Positions 63,320 through 64,000 of a stretch of 64,000 nt of DNA are shown here, in pieces; positions within the stretch are counted from its first letter, which is position 1; the number at the start of each line of letters is the position of its first letter. Location: assembly GCA_040218735.1 (NCBI GenBank), contig JAVJQW010000050.1, positions 340,171-404,170 on the forward strand, in the 5' to 3' direction. Under the pieces are notes generated by a model, which saw only the letters and a list, made by a program, of their open reading frames with translations, was not told the origin of the DNA and made no database searches. The position numbers and the translations under genes are program-made. The stretch comes from Deltaproteobacteria bacterium. GTDB lineage: Bacteria; Myxococcota; Kuafuiibacteriia; Kuafuiibacteriales; Kuafuiibacteriaceae.

Positions 63320-64000
63320 TCACGCCGAGGACGCTCGGGAGCACGCGTCTGGCCTGGGCTGGGTGGAGAGGGGCTCGTGAATCCTCCGATCGATGAGGGC
63401 GTGACCCAACACCTCCCGCGCCGCGTGAAGGTTGTGCGTGCGACACAGCAATCGCAGCTCGCCGACCACGCTCTTGGCGCCCAGGACGCGCCCGCCGACA
63501 TGATCGAATTCGAGGTTCGACCGTTCGCTGCATCGCCGCCCGTCCGAGCTCACGTACGTGCATTGCGCGCCGTCGCGCTCGACCACCGCGCGGCGCGTTG
63601 CCGCCGGGACGTACGCTGCGCCCGCCGGCGCATCCTCGGCGGGTCTCGATCGCGGACGACTCGTCTTTCCGTTCTTTCTTCGCTCCAGCTTCTCCACGTA
63701 CAGCGCGAGCGCCGCTTCGAAGATCTCCCCGATGTCCGTCCCAGGCGGGGTGAGCTCCTTGGCTCGATCCAAGAGCGCCTTCGCTTCGGCGCTCCCGTCG
63801 AAGCGAAAAGCGAACGTGTCGGGCGTCGTCGCCTCGATGCGATCGTCACCGCTCTTCGCGCCGGGGAACTCGGTGGCGATGAGCATCTCGACCTCGGCCT
63901 TGGACTTGTTCTTCGCCTGCTCGACGAGGCTGTGGGCGTTGTCGTCGTTCATGAACTTGGAGAGCTTCGCGACGCCGGTCATGTGCAGCTCCCCGGTCGC
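63320..64000 (-). CDS. HNH endonuclease-domain protein (DUF222-like), 5' end beyond the window
   Basis: VPAATRRAVVERDGAQCTY...GRRC...LEFDH...LRLLCRTHN; frame open to the window edge. Confidence 0.85.
   Translation of the reverse strand, partial: ATGELHMTGVAKLSKFMNDDNAHSLVEQAKNKSKAEVEMLIATEFPGAKSGDDRIEATTPDTFAFRFDGSAEAKALLDRAKELTPPGTDIGEIFEAALALYVEKLERRKNGKTSRPRSRPAEDAPAGAAYVPAATRRAVVERDGAQCTYVSSDGRRCSERSNLEFDHVGGRVLGAKSVVGELRLLCRTHNLHAAREVLGHALIDRRIHEPLSTQPRPDACSRASSA

Noticed and set aside
63320-64000. IscB/Cas9-like RNA-guided nuclease
   Set aside because: No RuvC motifs flank the HNH domain in the visible part; it fits the common DUF222/HNH type.

Overview
High-GC bacterial DNA, densely coding, with no CRISPR, rRNA or clear mobile element. 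Myxococcota is inferred from a MYXO-CTERM-type tail, Cys-rich lipoproteins, DUF4215-type repeats and an OmpA/TSP3 protein. About 34 real genes plus tRNA-Arg(CCG); most long ORFs in the track are antisense or off-frame shadows. Main blocks: (1) 5.2-17.1 kb minus-strand sulfur-carrier cluster: LarE, FHA-pseudokinase, JAMM/Mec protease fused to a dead ATP sulfurylase, CysM, a CysO-like carrier, a PLP-less CysK pseudoenzyme and a 2192-aa methyltransferase-like/coiled-coil protein. (2) Metabolic and signalling genes at 17-33 kb. (3) A surface-protein region at 33.6-61.6 kb. Its core is a translationally coupled three-gene operon: a TraB-like barrel/TSP3/OmpA protein, a Cys/Gly-rich lipoprotein, and a ~1800-aa lipoprotein whose C-terminal ~600 aa follow the motif order of the Tc-toxin A-subunit channel and TcB-binding domain, with no TcB/TcC in the window. 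It converges on a 3621-aa helical-repeat lipoprotein with super-repeats and a polycationic tip. A BPI/LBP-like (TULIP) surface protein lies at 2.5-5.2 kb. The lipid-anchored TcA-like operon is the best candidate for an undescribed system. All family calls come from motif recognition by eye, not database searches.
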